Source of the DNA: Eledone cirrhosa
Taxonomy: Eukaryota
Reading direction: 5' to 3'
DNA: 64,000 bases
Assembly (NCBI GenBank): GCA_964016885.1
Contig: OZ024742.1
Coordinates: 154,256,001 to 154,320,000, forward strand
The translations under genes and the position numbers were made by a program. A model generated the notes under the pieces. The model did not search any database, was not told the DNA's origin, and saw only the letters and a list, made by a program, of their open reading frames with translations. Positions 58,063 to 64,000 of the stretch are shown piece after piece (position 1 is the first letter of the stretch; every line of letters begins with the position of its first letter).

Positions 58063-61000
58063 CGGAGGAAATGTGGTAGGGAACCAGGTTGACCATAAAG
58101 CACCACAGTACTTAATACTTAGGGTAGTAGGATGGGTAATAGGAACGAGTAGGACCCCGACGGCTGAGCTCAAGCCGTTTCGACGGCTAATTCTGGACTA
58201 AATGAACATTTTTATCCTGGTATTTGAATAGCCGAGCTTCTCAAGGGGTAATTCGATATATGGTCAAAGTGATTGTCACAAGGATTGGTCAAAAGTTTGT
58301 TGTTGAGACATAATAATTCTATGATGGCAATTCGTGGAGGGAAGGGGTAGCTTAACCTGCCAGTAGGAGAAAGAGGGAGAGTGGTGGAGGAGACCCATTC
58401 ATGCGTTGATAGTGCCGACTACAGCTGGGCATGAGGTCAAAGAAGATACTAGGGAGGGAGAGGGGGAGGAAGTCGAAACAGTAAGTAGAACAATAAGGGG
58501 TAAATATATAGAAAAATACTGAGAGTGTTAAAAGGCAATTAAATGTAAAAAAATAAACAATTTCTGCTTACTACGACCTAAGTCTCTCACTGGTACTGCT
58601 AGGCTAAAAAAATATACTAGGTGGGACGGAATTATAATGAGACCCTTTTAAGAGGTATAAGTAATAAATCGAGGATAGCTTACGGTGACGGGTCAACAAG
58701 TGAGGGGCCAAAATACTAAAGAAACTACCACAAAATAATAAATAAAGGTTTCTACCCCAGGCACAAGGCCAACAAGCACCCAGTGCAAAAAAGTAAACTA
58801 ATACGAAATAATAATTCAGAGTCCCGAAAAAGAATACTAATAATATCTCTAAGGGTGCCGCCACGATACAAAAGTTCTAGTGCCAGCTACATAAAAGCTC
58901 GTACGAAGTAAAAGTAAAATTTGATACGGAAGATTAATTCAGACCCCACCCCCCCAAAAAAAAATAAATAGAAATAAATAAATACTGATAAACGAGAAAT
59001 TAAAGCAAAGATACCACTAAGAAATATAGAAAGCACGGAAAAGGGGCAGCGGTCCGATAAGAGGGCAAGTATCCGGGGTCTAACACATCTGCTATAAAAG
59101 GCGGAGTCGGCCAAATCAATCATAGAATAGAGGAAGGGTGTGGGGGTACTGAGGCTACGAAGGACAGAGGGGCTGCCTCGGGTGGGCGAGAAAAAGACGA
59201 CGACAAAGAAAGAGAACTGGGATGGAAGGACTAGGGAGGGATGGGGGGTAAGAAGGATATATAGACGAAGCGATAATAAGATAAGAAAGATCATACGTCT
59301 AGTTACCCATTACAAAATCGGCAAGTGGGGTGTTATATCCTTAGTCTACCCCCCCCCCCGGGTCATTATGGGGTTTGAGGGCGATGTAATCCTACGCAAT
59401 CTGTGTTTACATACAGTAGCCAGTTCATCTTTCTTGTTTAGGAGTTGGTCCGTCGAAAACAGAAATTCTAAAGTTTCCTCCGAGCATAAATTGCACGGAC
59501 GGCGTCCTCCCGTGTAGGAGTTGGCTCTGGGCAGTAATCTCCAAGTGAGATCATAGGTAATGTTGTTATCCTTGAGGTCCCATATGTGGCCCGAAAGTGT
59601 AGTGGCGTGAAGCCGGGCCGGGTATCGGAAGGTATGTCTGTGTTGGTATAGCCGGGTCTTGAAGTCACATGCGGTTAATCCTATATAAGCTTTGTTGGAG
59701 GTGTCCGTCCTCACGTTGCACTGGTAGATCACATTACGATCTCTGCATCTGTTGTCGAAGGGGCAAATGGATCCATCAGGACAGTTGCACCTCCTGGTCG
59801 GCTCTCCGCTGCTCTTTAACTTATTTCTTCCATAGGGGTTGAGTTTTTTGTTGTTGGAGGAAACGATGTTTTATGCAAAGTTTGGTGTAGTGCTGTAAGA
59901 GAGTTTGATGGTATTTTTGTTAATTATGTTGTGGTAGCGGTGTTGTAGTGGGAAGTATTTTTCAATGAGCCTAAAGAATATTTTCCCGATAGGGGTTGTC
60001 ACCTTGGCGTTGTGGGGAGGATTGAAGCTTGTTACATTGCGTGAGCGGAGGTGTCGCCTGCTGGTTCCGCTAATGGGAGCTGGACAGTAGGATATTTCCT
60101 CCCGGACACCTCCAACGAAGCTTATATAGGATTAACCGCATGTGACTTCAAGACCCGGCTATACCCACACAGACATACCTTCCGATACCCGGCACTGCGT
60201 TACGCCACTACACTTTCGGGCCACATATCGGACCTCAAGGATAACAACATTACCTATGATCTCACTTGGAGATTAATGTCCAGAGCCAACTCTTACACGG
60301 GAGGACGCCGTCAGTGCAATTTATGCTCGGAGGAAACTTTAGAAATGCTGTTTTCGACGGACCAACTCATAAACAAGAAATATGAACTGGTTACTGCATG
60401 TAAACACAGATTACGTAGGACTTACCTCGCCATCAAACCCCATAATGACCCAGGGGGGTAGACTAGGGCTATAACACCCCACTTGCCGATTTTGTAATGG
60501 GTAACCCCTGTTTGCTAAGGTAGACGTAAGATGTTCTTTTATATGTTATTATCGCTTCCTCTATATTTCCTTCTTACCACCCATCCCTCCCTAGTCCTTC
60601 CACCCCAGTTCTCTTTCTTTGTCGTCGTCTTTTTCTCGCCCACCCGAGGCATCCCCTCTGTCCCTCGTAGCATCAGTACCCCCACCCCCTTCCCCTATTC
60701 TATGATTGATTTGGCCGACTCCGCTTTTTATAGCAGATGTGTTAGACCCCATATACTTGCCCTCTTATCCGACCGCTACATCTTTTCCGTGCTTTCTATA
60801 TTTCTTAGTGGTATCTTTGCTTTAATTTCTCGTTTATCAGTATTTATTTTTTTATTTGGGGAGGGGGGAGGGGTCGGGATTCTGAATTAATCTTCCGTAT
60901 CAAATTTTACTTTTACTTCGTACGAGCTTTTATGTAGTTGGCACAAGAACTTTTGTATCGTGGCGGCACCCTTAGAGATAGTATTAGTATTCTTTTTCGG

Positions 61001-61625
61001 TACTCTGAATTATTATTTCGTATTAGTTTACTTTTTTGCACTGGGTGGTTGCTGGCCTTGTGCCTGGGTAGAAACCTTTATTTATTATTTTGTGGTAGTT
61101 TCTTTAGTATTATGGCCCCTCACTTGTTGACTCGTCACCGTAAGTTATAATCGGTTTATTACTTATACCTCTTAAAAGGGTCTCATTATAATTCCGTCCC
61201 ACCTAGTATATTTTTTTTAGCCTAGCAGTACCAGTGAGAGACTTAGGTCGTAGTAACCAGAAATTGTTTTTTTTTTTTTTATATTTAATTGCCTTTTAAC
61301 ACTCAGTATTTTTCTATATATTTACCCCTTATTTTCTACTTACTGTTTCGCCTTTCTCCCCCTCTCCCTCACTAGTATCTTCTTTGACCTCATGCCCACC
61401 TGTAGGCGGCACTATCAACGCATGAATGGGTCTCCTCCACCCCCTATCCCTCTTTCTGTCTCAACAACAAACTTTTGACCAATCCCTGTGACAATCACTT
61501 TGACCATATATGGAATTACCCCTTGAGAAGCTCGGCTATTCAAATACCAGGATAAAAATGTTCATTTAGTCCAGAATTAGCCGTCGAAACGGCTTGAGCT
61601 CAGCCGTGGGGGGTCCTACTCGTTC

Positions 61626-61627
<2 letters not shown>
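58061..61627. mobile_element. Head-to-head Naiad-type PLE palindrome (arms 58141-59707 and 60103-61627; 395-bp spacer is upstream ORF)
   Basis: Mirrored GIY-YIG ORFs (YIGLTACDFKTRLY...CNLCSEE...NKK.EL...CKH). Spacer reads FNPPHN...KLSYSTTPN...CNCPDGSICPFDNRC on the minus strand. Confidence 0.93.
58154..58249 (-). ncRNA. Hammerhead ribozyme, U3-A8 variant, GUC site (mirror copy 61518-61614 has GUG)
   Basis: ACCCC UUGAGAA GCUCGGCUA...UAGCCGUC GAAA CGGCU-UGAGCUC-AGCCG UC GGGGU. Confidence 0.8.
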
Positions 61628-61693
<66 letters not shown>

Positions 61694-61779
61694 TGAGAGA
61701 GAGAGAGAGAGAGATGTATTGTACGGCTTTTGGGGGAAGGATTGACCAGCAGTACGTTGTTCGGTTTTATTACGAAAAA

Positions 61780-61972
61780 GTGGCGGTGAATTGGCAGTAT
61801 CAGTAGAGGGTTGTACGCCATGCTTTCTAGCATAGTTACGCCCCTTTACGGTTTGAGTTCAAATCCCGTCGAGGTTAACTTTGCCTTTCATCGTTACGGG
61901 GTCGATAAAATAAAGTACCTGTAATGTATTGGGTAATTGATAGCCTTGTGACAAAAGTAGAAACAATTATTA
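61780..61972 (+). mobile_element. Full-length SINE
   Basis: ggcggtgaattggcagtatc...gagttcaaatccc...agtagaaacaatt. Confidence 0.88.
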
Positions 61973-62189
61973 CGAAAATGTGTAGCAGAAAATCCCGCGT
62001 GATCTAACAGCTGGGTAGGAAGCTGCTTACCTCGAAGATTCATTCGCCATCGTTCTTGTCAACGCTCCGATTACTTGCCATTTGCTGGTCTACAGTTAGA
62101 AAAATGGCGCATAAAGGGTTATCGTTTATTGGCAAGAGGTTTTTTTTAATAATAAAAGACGGGTTAAAGCGACCCATAATGTATCTGTC

Positions 62190-62232
<43 letters not shown>

Positions 62233-62839
62233 ATTTAAATGGATACAGTTCAGTAAAAGGAATTTATTGACACGTGTTTCAATAACAGTTATATAACCTG
62301 AAAACAGCTGCTATCTACAAAGTCTTAATTATGCAGACACTCAATATTTCAATGTTATTTTCAACTACCATTTCATCAGAATAATATCATTGAGAACTTG
62401 TTTGGTTTTTATAGAGAATATTAAGAGGGAGGAGTGAAATTGTTAGAAGAATAGTTAAGGGAGTGGATAGACATTTTTGATAGCAGTGGGTAATTAGATT
62501 CCCATCTGTTATTTTGTTAGTTGAGTTTGACATTTTTATAGAATATTCATTATTTGGCGTTGGTTGTATTTGTTATGTTTCTAAATCTATAGAAGGATTA
62601 GAGATAGTAAAGATATGCATGGTTGGTTTTGTGTTTGCACTTAATTCACATACATACTTAAATTTTTCTTTCAAGTGTACGTGTCTGTTCGCCCACACAT
62701 AAATATATGCGTATATATACTTATTTAAAAAAAACAACATACACATTCACACACATACATATATGTACACCTCTACAAATACATACACTCGCATACACAT
62801 ACTTACATGCTCATACCTACATACATATATACCTGCACA

Positions 62840-62872
<33 letters not shown>

Positions 62873-63045
62873 GTACATACATACGCATTCATGTATATAC
62901 ACTTTCATACTCTACTGATCTTCATATACACACATATAGACACACACATATATACATACATACTCTTGTCCATGTGTATATATATATATATATATATATA
63001 AATACACGTATACATGAATACACATACATTTAAGTATACACATCA

Positions 63046-63104
<59 letters not shown>

Positions 63105-63336
63105 GCTCACCCACTTATTTACTTATTTATATACATTTTCACATATATACATACATATGGTCGCTTTTTGACACATTCATTATAGCATATTCGCACCTAT
63201 TCTCACCACCATATTTATCCATTATTAGTGTGATAATTTAATGTTATTAATAGTACATGTATATGTTGAGAAGAGATTGTGTTTATATTTTTCTAACTAG
63301 ATTGAGGATTTGTCTAGTTGGGAGGATGTCCCTCGT

Positions 63337-64000
63337 TTATGTAATATTCAGCTTGTAGTGGGAAAAAAGGGTTTTAGTTCGGTGACGGCAGAATAACGTT
63401 CGTTCAATTCTGTTATTAAGAAATTTCTTCTTGTGTGTGATTATGTAATAAATCTCAAGATTACATAATTTGCAGAAATTTTGGCTCCTGGAAAAGCTTT
63501 GGGTTTTAGCTAATTTCTCCCATTTTAGGGTAAACTTCTGATCGCTATCCCTGAGCATCCAAGCTTTTTCTGCTAAAGTTGTTACATTTCTTTGGCTCTG
63601 GTGTTTTATTGAGTAAGAATGCCTATATAATCGAGATTTAAACGATGTTGCCGTTGATCCCACGTAATACCACTCGTTGCCTCCGGATTCAATGGTACAT
63701 TTATAGATGATATTTTTTTCAAGGCAGTTATTGCCGAGGGGGCAATTGTCAGGATAGTTGCAGTTACAGTTGTGTACGTTGGTTTTGTAGTTAGGTTCAC
63801 TCTGGAGTAGTATTGCGTACGAACTTAGGTGTGGTTTATTTATGTTCTGTAGTGTATTGTCTACTGTTTTTTTTGTGCTCTTTGTACTTAAGTTTTTAGT
63901 GTTTTCGTTTAACCTTCTAGTATTGATCTTTTTTATGTGTTGTTCAAGGTTTAACGCTGTAGAGTATGACAGTCTTATAGTGGTAGGGTTAGGATTCTAT
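63337..64000 (-). mobile_element. Naiad-type PLE GIY-YIG relic (runs off the window)
   Basis: CNCNYPDNCPLGNNCLEKNIIYKC...GSTATSFKSRLYRH...TTLAEKAW...CKLCNLE...LNNRIE...CRH. Confidence 0.88.

Overview
AT-rich eukaryotic (animal) genomic DNA with no complete host gene. It is saturated with (TA)n/(CA)n/(CT)n microsatellites and transposon relics. The recurrent tRNA-headed SINE and the RTE LINE resemble octopod cephalopod repeats (recognised from memory, not searched). Recognisable elements: a decayed autonomous Helitron (Rep+PIF1, minus strand, ~5.7-10.6 kb), three non-autonomous Helitrons, a GC-rich CRE-like RT/RLE retrotransposon (~41.7-43.45 kb), two RTE LINE fragments, about a dozen SINE copies, and several Penelope-like elements (PLEs) whose GIY-YIG endonuclease is preceded by CxCx5Cx5C (Naiad-type). 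The main unannotated signal is about 30 hammerhead-ribozyme (HHR) motifs from more than 10 sequence families, roughly one per 2 kb. Many carry non-canonical cores (U3-A8, U4A, U4C, an extra base after A9, a mismatched first stem II pair). Many sit in head-to-head fold-back palindromes of 0.3-3.5 kb next to (TA)n tracts, and one palindrome has its asymmetric apex in both orientations. All HHR folds were made by eye. Nearly all ORFs in the supplied track are microsatellite artefacts. One 135-bp candidate host exon is noted.
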